Positions 42,225 to 57,003 of a stretch of DNA of 64,000 nt are shown one piece after another (within the stretch, counting starts at the first letter, position 1; every line of letters begins with the position of its first letter). The DNA is from Octopus vulgaris. Taxonomy: Eukaryota. The notes below the pieces were generated by a model. That model was not told where the DNA came from. It saw nothing but the letters and a program-made list of their open reading frames with translations, and made no database searches. Location: NCBI GenBank assembly GCA_951406725.2, contig OX597832.1, positions 8,928,001-8,992,000 on the forward strand, read 5' to 3'. A program made the translations under genes and the position numbers.

Positions 42225-42865
42225 TGTATAAATTGATATAAATAAGGATATGATCGTTATTTAAAATACCGATCATATCAAGTGGCCATCATAGGAATAA
42301 AAACCTTATAGGTAATAATCATTATTGGAATTTTAATAAAGGGTATCTAAAAGAGACCACCATGTTAGAGATAACAGTCAAAATTTGACTCTAAAACCAC
42401 ATCATATATTCATAGAGCATCAGGAGAAAAGACACAGACAAATACACTAGCAAAAAACTATTCTTCACTCATTGATCCGGATTTTTATCTTTGCATAAAA
42501 AATATACTCTGCCTCATCAGTGGGATATACACATAGTACATAATTGCATATAGATATATACAACATACGAATGCTTACATATACACACGTATATACACAT
42601 ATAGAGATCCGGATTTGGCATTATCCCGTAATTTTTTGCTAGTTTATTTATCTATGTGTCTTTACTCCTGATGCTATATGAATACATGATGTGGTTTTAG
42701 AGGCAAGTTTTGACTGCTATCTCTAGTATGGTGGTATCTTTTAGATACCTTTAATAATAATTTTAATAATAATTATTAGAGATAAAGTTTTTATTCCCAT
42801 GATGTCCACTTGATATGATCGGTATTTTAAATAACGATCTTATCCTTATTTATATAGATTTATAT
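42225..42865. repeat. Diverged inverted repeat (~250-bp arms), probably paired PLE pseudo-LTRs
   Basis: 42225-42485 is the reverse complement of 42605-42865, e.g. gatcgttatttaaaataccgatcatatcaagtgg / ccacttgatatgatcggtattttaaataacgatc. Hammerhead remnants lie at the inner ends. Confidence 0.85.
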
Positions 42866-45060
42866 ATTTACTTCGTCATTATATTCACTGTGGTGGTATT
42901 TTGCCCATATGGCACGTACAGATACTCACGGTTCAACATGATAACACAGAAATGAATGGGCATTGTCAACACCCGTTTATACAAGCAACTCATGGACTGC
43001 ATTATACTTTGATAATGTAATGGGGCATATATGTATTTCAATGTTGGGTAGATAAAATGTTGTATTAATGTCTCTTTAGAGTGTTCCACATTTTGCGGCT
43101 GTTAGATGTCCAAATATACCAAAAAAAATTATGTGTAAACGTTGAATCTCTGAATTTGTGTAAGAACTGGGGTCGATATATTTTGTTGTGTCTTTACTGT
43201 AGGTAGCACTACGATTGGTATGGCTATGATTTCTAGAATCTGAGTTATATTCCTACGCAGTCACTCATGAGAAACGATAATTATAATGGATACTGAACTT
43301 TATTGTCACAAATAAACTGCAAGGAAGTCGTGCGAAAATATGTAGAAGATGTGCTAAAATACAAACTAAATCCTAGTAATGCTTTCAATACAGAAGATGC
43401 CAGTATAAAAATCCATTCCCTATTTACACAAATAGAACATACACGTATGCACGTATGTACATGCAGGCGCACACACAGGTATTCACACCGCCTCATAAAT
43501 CGGTATGTGTTCATGTGGACTCATATCTGCGAGTGTGGATTTGAAAGGATAAAATCGCAAAAATGTGTTTCTACAAATTCTATAAAAATCCGTAAGCTCT
43601 AAGCTTAATTGTGCTGAACGCCCAAGAGAGCAGGCAATTATATATCAGATTTGCGCGAAGCATAATAGAGATAAATAAAAATGTAAAAAAAGAAAAAAAA
43701 TCCCCTGAGCATATCCGAAAGAAATCGTATAGGGAGCAAAATCATTAACGCATGCGCATCGATGACTGAGGTTTTTAGAATTGCAGAAAATAAAAGAAAG
43801 AAATCTCGGCGTAAAAAATATTGCATAGAAATAAATATACACAATGTCCTCTTGTCAATAAAAAATAAGCAAATGGCATAATATTACAAAACAGATGTGA
43901 CGCATTTTATAACAAACAATGACATAACATACATAGGGAGTTGAAACTATAAACCTCAGGAACTCCAATTCAGTAGATATCCGTCTAGGTTATCAAAATG
44001 AGGTATTATTGCTAAGAAATGCATATAAAACGTTAAGCTCTGTCGACTAAATGTCTATTACACGATGTCTAACAATATTATAAAAATGCGATTGCTTTAC
44101 AAAAATACTAGATCCCATAAGTGTATGACACTCTTGCGTAAAATGCAATTTCTTGTTGCAAAGAACGAGGAGGTAGGGAAAATATATGACAATGTATGAG
44201 TGCTGTAATCGGTAGATCAACATATCAAATCATATTGTAGTATTTTGCTGGGTGAATTTGAGTTCGGAATCCAAGCTACGCTCGAGGCTACTTTCCTATA
44301 CAACCCTTAAATATTTACAGATATACGTTAGTCTATAAAATAAGCATACAGCTTGATTTAATCGACCACACGTTTGTAGGTTGTGTTGCTTTATGATAAC
44401 AGTAAAATAAGTGAAAAGTGTAAGACAATAATAAGGGGAATCGTATTCGAAATTGTGATTTATCTTAATGTAGTCGAACCATTTAATTGTTCATCTATAA
44501 TTGCACAGATACCTATTTATCATATTTATCTGAATAGTGAAAACATATAATTGAGTAACTATTTAAAGTTGCAGAAGATTGGGTAAAATAATATAAGTCC
44601 AAATACAATTTAGATATAATATATGCAAAGTTTACAGCTAAACAGCGTTCAGTGTAATCAATAACAGTAGCGATTCATAACGTTCATCCACCATTTTTAA
44701 ATGACTAATGTGTGATAATTTACTCATAGTTGAATTTTAACAGTCCATGCGAAAACCGTTAGACTTCTGTAAATTTACATTAAAAAAGAAAACTTGACAT
44801 GGAATTGCATACATGCGTGTTATATGATATAATCAAGAAAGCATATATATCATGATATATTCTTTCTGCAAATTTGTCTTACTTTGGCGCAGTTGTGAAC
44901 GCCTCATGAAGCGATGTTTTCAAATTCAGCGACATCTTGGGAAAACGTCTTCAGATCAATGTATTTCAAGCGAATTTGGCAGAAGGATGCTGTAAAGATG
45001 ATGTGGAATATACGCGTGTACAACTACATACATACATACATACATACATACATACATACA

Positions 45061-45472
45061 TACAAGTGTAGGATAAAATAATGGAAACACCAGCATCTTA
45101 GCATCTCAATTTTGAAATATCCATAAAAACATCAAAAGCTTGTTTATTTGTATGTCTTTTTTATTTATTATCTGTGTTCCTTTATATATTATGCTAAAAT
45201 TGCTATTTTTTTTTATAGATATTATTGGAAAAATGGAATTTTAAACTCATTAGAATTACAGATGTATCGGACTTTCAAGAAGTGCGAATTATTGGTGCTC
45301 GTATGGCAGGTGCTAGTGGAACGAAAAAAGCCGAAATATTTGGTGTATCAAGAAGTACTCTCCCGAAATTAATGACCGCCTTTGGGAAGGAGGGAAAAGA
45401 ACATCGTTGAAACAAAGCTCCGGAAGAAAACCAAAACTTACAGATAGGGACAGTTGGACACTTACGCGAATT
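45061..45472 (+). mobile_element. Tc1-family transposon left end and N-terminal HTH
   Basis: TA-caagtgtaggataaaataatggaaacacc TIR-like start, then TDVSDFQEVRIIGARMAGAS...AEIFGVSRST...SGRKPKLTDRD. Confidence 0.8.
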
Positions 45473-46900
45473 ACATACATATATACATACATATACACAC
45501 ACACACAAATATATATAAATATATACGAACAAACACGTATAATTATATAGAGAGAGCTACCAAATTCAATATAAACCGTAGATCCGAACCAATATAAACC
45601 GTAGATTGGGACCACGTGTGTATATCAGTAGAACGTAAGTGGTGTTAAAAGTTTACAACTCCTGTTTTGGCAGCATTTTATTGTTGCATTGGTAGATTAC
45701 AGCATAGAGCGCGTGCTTTTGCTACAAGGTAATTTACTTGTGTCCTCCTTTGATATACATGCATATCTACTACACATATAGCCAAGGATAGCTACAGGAT
45801 GATATCAATCTAAAATGAGATTAACATAAGTCATGCACCAAATTAATAAATATCTTAGGTTTCGCATTGAATATCATAACTCGCAATCTATGCGAATGCT
45901 TGCATTGAATCATAAATTACAGCTTAAGATTGATAAAGGACCAGTTACATAGAAATGAAGCTATTTTATTACGCTACTACTGTTGCAATATATGTTTTGT
46001 TATTAGAAATTAACATCGCCCCGACCACTTGTTAAGAATACGTGACAATAACCCTCTCCGATTTTGTGTACAGCCATCTATGCTTTACAAATATAGGTCC
46101 ATTTTATTATGTATTTGCACACCGTTTTTTTTTCCAGAATATTATTCTTCATTCTTGTTTTCCACTGTTTTTCTTATATTCGTTATAATTTCTAATTTTA
46201 TTCGCCCACCGTAATGACCGTTTTCGATGGCCACATCCACCCGAGACCCCACTTACCATAGATGCGAACTATCGCACCCAAACTTCAGCAAATTATATAA
46301 ATGTTTCCATTAAATCATTAAATTTAAAATGTTAATCGCATTTGTTTCAATTTAAATGTATGTGTCCAGTTATATATCACAAAACACGTATCACAAAGAA
46401 AAAGAAACAAAAGCAAAAATAAACTACTAATCTATAGGAACTACTAAACCTAGAAATAATTATAAAATTATATTTTAGGATCTATTCCATCTCAATTACA
46501 TATTTTTTAACTAGATATTCTGAACCTTCGAATACTGGTAGAATTTCTCACGTAGGACACGCTTTACTTTGAAAATTTATGACAAAATTTCCTATCTTAG
46601 AAGTTATTTTGTGTTAAAATTATCGTATTTCAACCAATAAACGACGTGTTTTCGGTTGAAGAAAGTTACTGATGTTTGAGATAGTAATCGAAGAAGAACA
46701 ACTTCCGGGTCGTCTCTACTAAATGTCAATACTCTGTTCGAAGTATCAACACCATAGAGCAACAAGTCCGCAGCTAACTTTTTGTTGTTGTTGACGTACA
46801 TGTAGTTTCAAAATGCCTGATTTTACAACTATGAGATGTATTATTATTGTCATGATTTTATCAACAACAAACAAATTTCGTCAATATAAAAATCTTTATT

Positions 46901-47133
46901 AAGGCTGCGAGCTGGAAGAAACATTAGCCCACCCGCTGAAATGCTTAGCGGTATTTCGTCTCCGTTACGTTCCGAGGTTAAATTCCGCCAAGGTCGACTT
47001 AGCCTTTCATCCTTTCGGGGTCGATTAAATAAGCACCAGTTACAAACTGGGGTCTAAGTAATCGAATTAATCCATTTGTCTGTCCTTGATTGTACCCTCT
47101 ATGTTTAGCCCCCTGTGGGCAATAAAGAAATAA
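46901..47133 (+). mobile_element. SINE family B inserted in the foldback element
   Basis: aaggctgcgagctgg...ggtcgacttagcctttcatcctttcggggtcg...caataaagaaata, flanked by aatataaaa...tttattaa imperfect direct repeats. Confidence 0.88.
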
Positions 47134-47269
47134 ATATAAAAGTTTTTATTAAATTAAAAATAACATCATCGAAACATGAAATAAAAAAAAAACAAATAGC
47201 GGCATATACACCCAAAAATGTGGCAGAGACAAGTTCGGTCTCTGGTTGTTAGTTCATAGTGTATAAGGG

Positions 47270-47470
47270 AGAAAAAGAGTAAGGAATGCACGGTGATGAC
47301 TAGAAAGAAAGAATGATAAAAGTGACGAATAGAGGGAGGGAAAAATTAAGGAAAGCACGGTGCGGACTAGAAAAGAAGGAAGGATGACGGTGACGAATAG
47401 CGGGAGGGAAAGCGTAAGGAATGCACGGTGCAGACTAGAAAGGAAGGAAGGTTAAATGCGAAGAATAGAG
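47270..47470. repeat. ~67-bp minisatellite, about 3 copies
   Basis: aaggaa(t/a)gcacggtg...gactagaaa...gaatag repeats three times. Confidence 0.8.
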
Positions 47471-50400
47471 TGGTGACTTTTAGAGATGACCCGGAAGTTG
47501 TTCTACTTCGATTAATATCGCAAACAGCAGTAGCTTCCTTCAACCGAGTTCACGTCATTGATAGGTTGAAATTAGCCAAATACGACAAATTTAACACGAA
47601 ATAACTTCTAAAGTAGGACATTTTGTCAAAAACGTTCAGGGTACAGCGACCGTGTTCTAAGTGAGAAATTCTATAAGTATTCGAAGTTTCAGACTGTTCA
47701 GTTAAAAATAATTAATTCAAAAAAATATGTGATTGAAATGGGATAGATCCGTATTTTATAATGAGATACATAAATACTAAACGCGTTAGACGTCAAGTTG
47801 ATACTGGGAAATATATATTGAAATATGCGGAGATAGACTGACAAGTAGTATTTGTTCAATTAAATATAAAAGTTAAAGCAAATGAAGAGAAATCTAGGGA
47901 AATAGATAAGAATTCTTTATTATGTAACGGAATATGTGGATATCTCAAGAGATGAAATATAGTATTAGTTATATTCAAAGACGAATAAAAGATAGACATA
48001 ATATGCACAAAATTCAAGGGAAAAAACTGATATATGATTCAAAATGTGAGAAGAGAAATATTAGGAAAAGCAGGGATTACTCTTTCAGAAAAAAAAAATG
48101 AGAAAATTATTATATGAAATATCTCTATGAGTGTAATAGTAAGACATAAAATTGTCCAGGCCAGTTTTTTTTTGTAATACAATTTGCGCACAGAGAGGAC
48201 ATTAGTGTATACATAATTACAAAAAAAAGTAAAGAAAATAAATCGAAAATCATGCAGTATAACATATTAATAACATATTTCTATTCACTAATTCCAGAGG
48301 AATTTACAGAAACTATATATTATTGACTTTTCCCGAAACATTTGTGTATTTGTTTATTTTTGTTTTCTTTTGGCATATGCTTCAGTCGAAGGCTTAGCGT
48401 ATATTTTAAAGACATATTAAATGATAAACCAAATACTGATAGAATATTGACATTTTGTTTAGTGATATACAGATTAGGTAAGCTAATAAAAACCAATTGC
48501 CGCACCAATACGATACGATATTAGCGAAAAACATTTATCTAATAACATTTTTATTTATATCTTCATAAGGCAATTTAGATTTCCTACAATGGCTGCACAT
48601 TTTATACGAGATGTATTGATATTTTTTCTTTCTATGTTTGCTCATTCTCTATATTTTGTTATTAGCTTGCCTTTGTTTGCAGTTTGCAACTTGATATATT
48701 TTACACTATTTGGTACAACTGACGACATATGTATATAATAGATGTAATATACATTTTCGGCACCAAATTAGAGTAATGACTATTTAACGAACAGATTGCA
48801 TGTCTTAATTTAACTTTCCACTTCTAATCAATAGGTGTATAGCTCTAAGGATCATACAAAACACATTTACATTGAAAACGTCTGCTTTTATATAAGGAAC
48901 ATAACTCATTCTGTCTCGAAACTTAAGAATAAAGGATGTTATTACAGTATCTGAAAGGTAAATGAATGAACGGTAAGTTATTGACAAGCAGATTACTAAC
49001 TATTGAATCAGTTGGGATATATAGCTATATTCCTTTCCGGTACAGACGATTATTTATTTACAAACCATTTATAAATTAAGTTCAAACATTGGACTAAATT
49101 ACATACTATGACAAAGGAAATGAGTTTAAAATTTCGAGCAGAACTATTTTCTTGGAGAGACATGATATATCTACAAATGTTACTGGATAATTGCATTTTT
49201 TCCGACAGGAAAAATGATTCATATTTTTCTTTACAGTGTAACATTTATTCAGAAGCTCGAATTATATATTTGTAATACAATTTCCTTATGCAGATCATCA
49301 GTGATGTTCTCACATTCTACTGTTTTATATAATATTAAATGTAATATACGAACAATATTTGCTAAAACATCTATCATGGTAGGTAAACGAATAATGATTT
49401 GAAATAAGATTCTAGCCAATTAATAACATAAATATTTGCGAGTCTCGTTTACTAATGAGTTTTCTTATACAAACAAATTAAAATTAGCATATTAATTTGT
49501 TACAAATACTAGTAATTTCAACAGTGTTCGAGTATTTTGTTTACTAGTAGTTTGTTGTAAATTTAACCATAGTCCTGTGTAGTGATAGTTGGATTTTCAT
49601 CATTAGGGGAGAGCAACAAATCTGAATACCCTGTAGCAATGTCACAGAAAATTCCTAGTGATGAACACTAACTTCGAACCATTCAGAGTGATTGAGAAAT
49701 CAAAGTATAGATAAGTAGTGAGATGTAAAACAGTAAATGCTTCTCAAACGCTAGGAAACCATTAGTTATTTGAGAAATCCGGTGGTTCCAGTACTGAAAT
49801 TATTTCTCGAGTTGCCCTTCAATTATCACGCACCGGGTGATGTTCGTTGCTTATCAAGCGAAATGCGACAGCACTAGATTATGCTTAGCGCCAAATATGT
49901 GTTCTACCTATGGCGCCACCCAAGTTTTATCAATGTTTATGGTATCTAATTACATTATCAAGTGTGTCCTTTCCTTTTGAAGACAAAGGTATGTGGCCTT
50001 CAGGGCAAACTCTAGGTTAATTTTATCAAGTGGAGTATCAGCGGTTGCGGCTAGTATGGAACTCATTTGCAGGCAAGTAACGTAAGACGGAATGGTGGGT
50101 GAATTTGACAAAATTCTGGCAAAAGATTACAATATCACATTTGATGTTCAAAAATCGAAAATCACATTGACGTCGAGTTGATAGAATTATAAACGATCGA
50201 TGCTTGTGGTATCCATTGCTAATAGTGTGGCAGTTGATGATTTTAATCGTTAGCTGTTACATACGCGAGCCATTATGATACTGAGATCGGGTTGATAGCG
50301 ATGACCAATAGTCCATCATAAGGTGGAGTATTTTTTTTTAAGTGAATGTGTCTGTAAATGTTATCCAATATCAGGGTAACCAAAAGTAATTAGATTTCGT

Positions 50401-51024
50401 AAATTACAAAATCCAAGTCACACATGCGCACGTGCACACACACACGTACACATACGAATAGATTTAAGATATCAATTTAAATCTTTGATACAAAAATACA
50501 TTTCAGCAACTATATCTCTCTTCAAAATGTGTCAAAATTCGTCTGCCGCTGCTTGTGTACAATGGAAGGCATAATTTAAAGTTGACTGCTATAATGCGGA
50601 ATATGTAGGTGTAGCTCCCAATTTCAAACTAACTTTGAGTATATTTTTGGCACTTTAAGCTAATCTAGTGGTATAATAATAGACCATATAATGGGACATT
50701 GTTTATAGTAATTCTAAATTACATGCTATAACATAGATAACAACATACTTGTTAGACATGCACATAAATGTGATGGCATGTTCCTGTACAAGCTAAGATA
50801 TAAAGTTTGCAAGAGAGTATAGCTTAAGGGCGTACTCAATTAAATAAATATATGTTACATTAAATGTAGATTCCATACGACACCAAAGAATATAATGTAA
50901 CACTTCACGGTAGTTTGCTATTACGTAGAAGCCATTTTTTGTCTTAGATACTTGATGAATTTATTCTATATCTTTGGGCCAGTGACTTTATTAACAAACT
51001 ATAATAAATAGAAAAGTTTGTTTT

Positions 51025-51165
51025 AAGGTGACGATCTGTCAGTATAGTTAGAACGTTGGACAAACTATGTAGCATTATTCCAACAGTTTTTATGTTCTGA
51101 CTTCAGATCCCAAGAGATCGACATTGTTATCAACTATGATCGCGATCGATGAATTAAGTAGCTCT
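51025..51165 (+). mobile_element. Old SINE family B-like remnant
   Basis: aaggtgacgatctgtcag...ttagaacgttggacaaa...gatcgacattg...gatgaattaagta. Confidence 0.5.
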
Positions 51166-51408
51166 TGAGCTATCGTATCGATATAAACGACTTACAGCCT
51201 ATCACAAAATTACTGGCCATGTGGCCAAATTTCAAACTATTATTTATTGTACCGATCAAGGTAAAGGCATATGTACATATATACATGCCTATGCATATAC
51301 GAGCATATGCAGACAGGCACAGAGAGAGACACACACACAGACACACGGGCACACTCATGTACACACACGCATGATATATATCTATATCTGCATCTCGATA
51401 TATCTCAT

Positions 51409-51958
51409 GGGCTGTCCGGAAAGTTCGTGCCCAAATTTTAAAGAAAAGAAAAAAAGTCAATAAATACTTGCCATTACCCAAGCTTTACCAAATGCCCATG
51501 AACGAGGGATTTTGATAAGTTGAGTATTTTCTGCCAATTCTTAGTTTGTGCAATGTGAGTTATTCTCAATTAATGACTTGATTTGGTCATCACCTGTAGT
51601 AGATGTTGTGCCTGATCGCTCTTTATCAACAAGGCGAACAACTTCCGTAAAGTTCTTTCGGATAAAGAAACATCATCGTAAACTGGGCATATTTCTTTGG
51701 TTGCTTGTGAGGCATTTTTCTCTTTACGGAAGAAGAAAAGTATCAAGTGCCGAAAAAGAAATTCCTTTTCTTCCATTTTCAAGGGTTACAGATTTAACAC
51801 AGGTTATAGGAACATAAACCTTCTTCCAGGAAAAGATAGCTTAAACTGTGCTCCAAATGGAGGTGTAGTGAAATCCTATTTTATGGATTTAAACATGTTC
51901 TAAAATAAGACGAAAGGTAAACTACAATGAATCGGCACGGACTTTCCGGACAACCTAA
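51409..51958 (-). mobile_element. Internally deleted mariner element with both TIRs
   Basis: TIRs gggctgtccggaaagttcgtgcc / ggcacggactttccggacaacctaa. ORF 51570-51782 reads FRHLILFFFRKEKNASQATKEICPVY (mariner N-terminal HTH). Confidence 0.85.
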
Positions 51959-52047
<89 letters not shown>

Positions 52048-52066
52048 CACAAATGTGTTAAAACCA

Positions 52067-52105
<39 letters not shown>

Positions 52106-52257
52106 TTGGGATTTTACCAATAGAACCGTAACTCCTTTTCCAGGATAGCCGTATTGCATGGAATACACATAGAAAGTTATATCCAATAAAATAATATATG
52201 TATTAATATTATTTTACTGGATATAAATGCCGTGATAACATGGAATACTTATTATTC

Positions 52258-54503
52258 CTTGTTATTATTGTGTCTGGGGGAGCCATTTTCTTTTGTGCCT
52301 TATAATTTAACACACTCACTGGTAAATTTTTCACTTATTTCTTTATGTTTCTAAAAAGTTTCGTTTCGTCTTGCAACCTTTTCTATAGTTGTTGACTCTG
52401 TCCGTTCCTCACACTGCGTTCCTTTTTGTTTGTTTGTGCGCATTTGTTTGGATCAGTGTGTGTGTGTGTGTGTGTGTGTATGTGTTTTGCAACTATGTAA
52501 GGTATTTGAATGCATGGATGCGCATGTCCGTGTGAAGGTGTGTCCCAATATGTATCCCTTTGTGAAGTAAAGTGTGTGTATATATATGGCTATGTGCTTC
52601 ACTCTTCATTTGTGTATGTTGTCTTGTTTGTAACTATCCGTCTGTATGTTGATCTGTTTACTTTCATATCCATATACTTACATACATGTGGATATACATA
52701 TATATAGTCATACACCCACCTACATACATACATCTATCTACGTATATATACATAAACCCCACACACACATACATACGCATCTCTACATAACAGCCTACTA
52801 ACTATTCTACTCTATCTGTGTAAACTGTGGATATGAGCATATGATATCTACTATGTATATTTCCTATTTAATACAGGGAAAATTTCATTTATGAGGACGG
52901 ACTCCCGTATTTGTCTGAGTGTTGGGTTCTTTGAGTGCTTGGATAAGATGAAGATGTCAAGTTGAGGCAGGTTACCTGCATGTAGGTCCTTTGCATATTA
53001 GTAGAGTACGGAGCAATGTTTTTTTCGTCATATTGTCTCAAATGTCCATTTAGTCGTTTCTCAATGCTCCTAGAAGTCTTCCTATGTTTGTCACGTTGAT
53101 GTCTTTATAAGCACATTCTATGCATTTTATGCTATAAACTTCATTTCGAGTTAATGTCAGGGCTAATTCTACATGTCATGCAGTTATCATTAGTACATAT
53201 GGTATTCTCAAAGGGGTACGTCTTACATAGTTATGAACTGACGGAGTTCCATGGCTTTTTCACAATATTAATGTTGAGTTTAGTCTCCTCAAGAGCTTTC
53301 CTAAATCTACGAACTAGTTTTCCATGGGCTGTGGCCTCTATAAACATCACTCCTTGATATTTGTCGGTTTTATACCAAGTGTTCGCCCTGTTTGCTTTGA
53401 CACAAGGTATTTGTATTCTATTCCAATCTTTGTTTCTCTATCTTTATCCTAACTTAGTCTGCTATCAGTATATAAATGTTCATGTTCTGTGAGAAAACTG
53501 AGTTCTTCTGAACAACATATTTTGAAGCTATAGGATTCATGAAATAGGAGTCGAAGAGCTGCACACTATTGTTCACAGTCTCTAACTAAAGTACAGTATG
53601 AAGTATGGGTAGTTTATTGCTGGGGTGCTTAGTGGGGATAGTCTATAATTACCTCGATACTTTGGTGGATGGAGTTAGCTACTTGGTGGATGCTCTACCG
53701 CTACTAGAGATGGTCCTAACTATTATGCCATCTACATATCTACTGAAGCGTAGAAGAGATGTGGACTGTTCTGCTAGCATTTAATTAAGTTTTCTGTCCC
53801 ACCAGGTCTTGAAGAGGCCGGCAACATTTCCAGCCAAACTGACACAGATGGCTGCACCTTGAACCTGTATGTATATATATTTTTTTTATTAAACTTTACT
53901 GCGTGGTTCTTCAAGTTGGTTTTTACACTGGCACCTATTGCATATGCAATAATTTCTTTCACCTGATTGTTGTTCTCAGGGTTTTGTGCGGGTGCGTTCC
54001 AGCCACTCAAGCGTACTGTGATGCTTCTTTTCACCGCTGAAGTGATGGTGTGTGGTCTTCCACTCTGTGACCTGGCGGGGGAGAATCTACTGAGGTCATG
54101 GTCATCTAAATAGTTACTGATCTAGCTTAGTCTGAGGAAAGAGCCCACTTCCCTCGCGTTGACATTACAGAACTATACTTCACTCTCACAGACTACCTGA
54201 ATGCATTTCTCTAAAGCAAAATCCATGTCTATAGATGCATACATACATACACACACACTGCTCCATACACATGCGCACAGAAAAAAAAAAGGAACGCAGT
54301 GTGAGTAGCGGACAGAGCCAACGACTATGGAAAAGGTTCCAAGACGCAATTAAAACTTTTAGAAAAATAATTAAAAAATTAGAGGAAATTTTACTGGTGA
54401 GTGTGTTAAATTATAAGGCACAAAACAAGAATGACACAACAAAATATACTTCAACACACGAACTCACATATAGTATCTTGCAAACCAAATCCCAAAACGA
54501 CAC
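52258..54503 (-). mobile_element. 5'-truncated PLE (RT and GIY-YIG) bounded by inverted pseudo-LTRs
   Basis: Minus strand: YIQVQGAAICVSLAGNVAGLF...WWDRKL...RYVDG, NPIASKY, CTNDNCMTC, VYSIKCIEC...TSRSIEKRLNGH...RQIRESVLI...LNRK. 52258-52470 and 54250-54503 are inverted copies of the same terminal repeat. Confidence 0.85.
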
Positions 54504-54550
54504 TTATGTATATATATATATATATACACGTATATATATTTGTATATATT

Positions 54551-54602
<52 letters not shown>

Positions 54603-54726
54603 TAAAATGTTTTATTTAATAACAGTGTCTACGAGCCTAGGAAATTTTCAGTTGCATGGAGCCAAATCACACTATTGTAAACTATTATATTTAACTGCTA
54701 CCAAATGTTCTTACATTTGTGAAGTA

Positions 54727-54784
<58 letters not shown>

Positions 54785-55793
54785 ACGTGTGTGTGTGTAA
54801 AAGTCTGTGTTTATACATGTAAATATACACATATGTATATATGCATAAATATTTATATACATACTCAAATATGTGTATACATGCATATATTCATACATAC
54901 ATATATAAAACATACATACATACATACATACATACATACATACATACATACATACATACATACATACATACATACATACATTTTACATATATGCATGTGT
55001 ATGTGTTCTTGCGTACTGATATATGTGTAAATGTATTTAAAAAAATCTCCGTATGTGTGAATCTGTGTGCATATGCGTTCCTACCACGTAGCGGTGATTT
55101 CGGTTGGGTTAGAATCATGTTTGAGAACATATATTCTTTTTTTGTTCCTGCTTCATTTTAGCACATGTGTGGCCATGCTGATCATGCATTATCGGAATGC
55201 CGTTCTGTCATGACAATATATCTCTTATGGAGTTTATCACATGAGTGTTTTCCATAACTTTTCGAAGCATATTGTAAGGAAGTGAAATTTGAAATATATG
55301 TATATAAAAAAAGCGAGAATATGAACCTCAGTCTCCATACAATTCAGTATGAATAGACGCTATGTGAATAGCGAATGTTGAAATGCAGATGAAACAAAAC
55401 AATAACACTGGAGAAGAATATCAGTGTAGTTGTGGGGTAAAAAGTAAAATATGCATATATGCGTATATAAGATAAACACACACACATAACGTCACACACG
55501 CATAACGGCACACACACATAACGACGCACGCATATATAGCTACAAAAAACGTATAATATACATACGCACATTTACATATATATATATATAAATATATATA
55601 TATATATTCACATATATGTGCATATATATCTATGTCTATATCTATATCTATATCAACATATATAAAAATATATATATATACACGAATACACTTGTAGTAT
55701 ATTCATATATATATATATAAATTAACATATATGTGTATATATATATATCTATATCAGAATATATAAATATAAATATATACACACACGATTGTA

Positions 55794-55844
<51 letters not shown>

Positions 55845-56050
55845 GATGAAATATAATCTATTGCGGACGTAGATATCTAAGAAATTTTATATTGAATTCA
55901 TGTTGCTCCCTGCTGTTCAGTTACGTCAGGGATTTGGAAACTAGTCATATATTTTCTTACCTGATGCATGATAACCTTGCGGAGATAAAGAAAGAATAAA
56001 AAGGAGACTTTTCAAATCAGAAGTAGAAATTTAGAAAAAATGAAACTGAA

Positions 56051-56106
<56 letters not shown>

Positions 56107-56972
56107 AATGAGAAAGAAATATGAAAAATGTGGTAGAAGAAATAAGAGTGAAATGTTAGCACACTTCAATAAAGGAAAATGTATATCTATAGTTAAGTCG
56201 TTCGTTGCTACAATGTAGCAATTTTGTAGTGAGATTTAATTGAAAAATGAAAACTATTAAATATTGTGATAAAATCAATGTTGTAGATTGACATAAATGT
56301 AATAGTAACTATACCAGTTATGCTGACTTAGTGAAGCACGTTTATAAAACATCGAGAGGCAATTCAGTTTGGTGAGCACTTTCTTCAGAGTGACTAAAAA
56401 AATTACATAGGATTTGAAGAGATTGCTTGTCTATCTCTACCAAATCTGATATGAATAAGTAATCCTTAGCAATCAGTTGGATACGTATGTGGCTTATATT
56501 GAAAGTGAACTATAATATGTGTGTTTGCGAGGGAGAGACAGAGAGAGAGAGAGAAAGAGAGAGAGAGGAAAAGAGAGAAAGAGAGAGAGAGAGAGAGGGG
56601 GGATATCTGTGTGTTGAAAATCATTCTAATCAAACCATATTAAAATATAAGAATAAAATGGATCGATTTTTTTTCTCATATGAAATTAATTTCCACGTTT
56701 TAGAAATAAATTTCTTGCCAGGCCTCTTTAACTACCAAGTTATTCGATCTTAAGTTACAGCTCGATGCATGTGATATACCAGCGAATTCATTGTGAAATG
56801 ATAAATAAGTACATTATGCGTACATATTGAATGCAGAAATATATAAACTACTCTTGAAAATACCCGGGCAAATCTTTTCTCACTTAAGAGTAGCTGGTTT
56901 ACCTGGCAACACAATAAACATTGCAATCCAAGATAATACATTAATTTATATGAGTTTTCTATAAATAAGACA

Positions 56973-57003
<31 letters not shown>

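Larger units (their letters stand above)
46470..47760. mobile_element. Foldback/MITE-like element with ~270-bp diverged terminal inverted repeats
   Basis: 46478-46740 is the reverse complement of 47463-47750, e.g. gaacaacttccgggtc / gacccggaagttgttc and agaatttctcac / gtgagaaattct. Confidence 0.75.

Noticed and set aside
47270-47470. CRISPR-like periodic repeat
   Set aside because: The whole unit is repeated with no unique spacers, and the context is eukaryotic with no cas genes.
54325-54365. Variant hammerhead (GAAAA...gttgc/gcaac...GAAA-like) in the 18/52/54-kb pseudo-LTR family
   Set aside because: None of the three copies has a valid core; only a family consensus could establish one.
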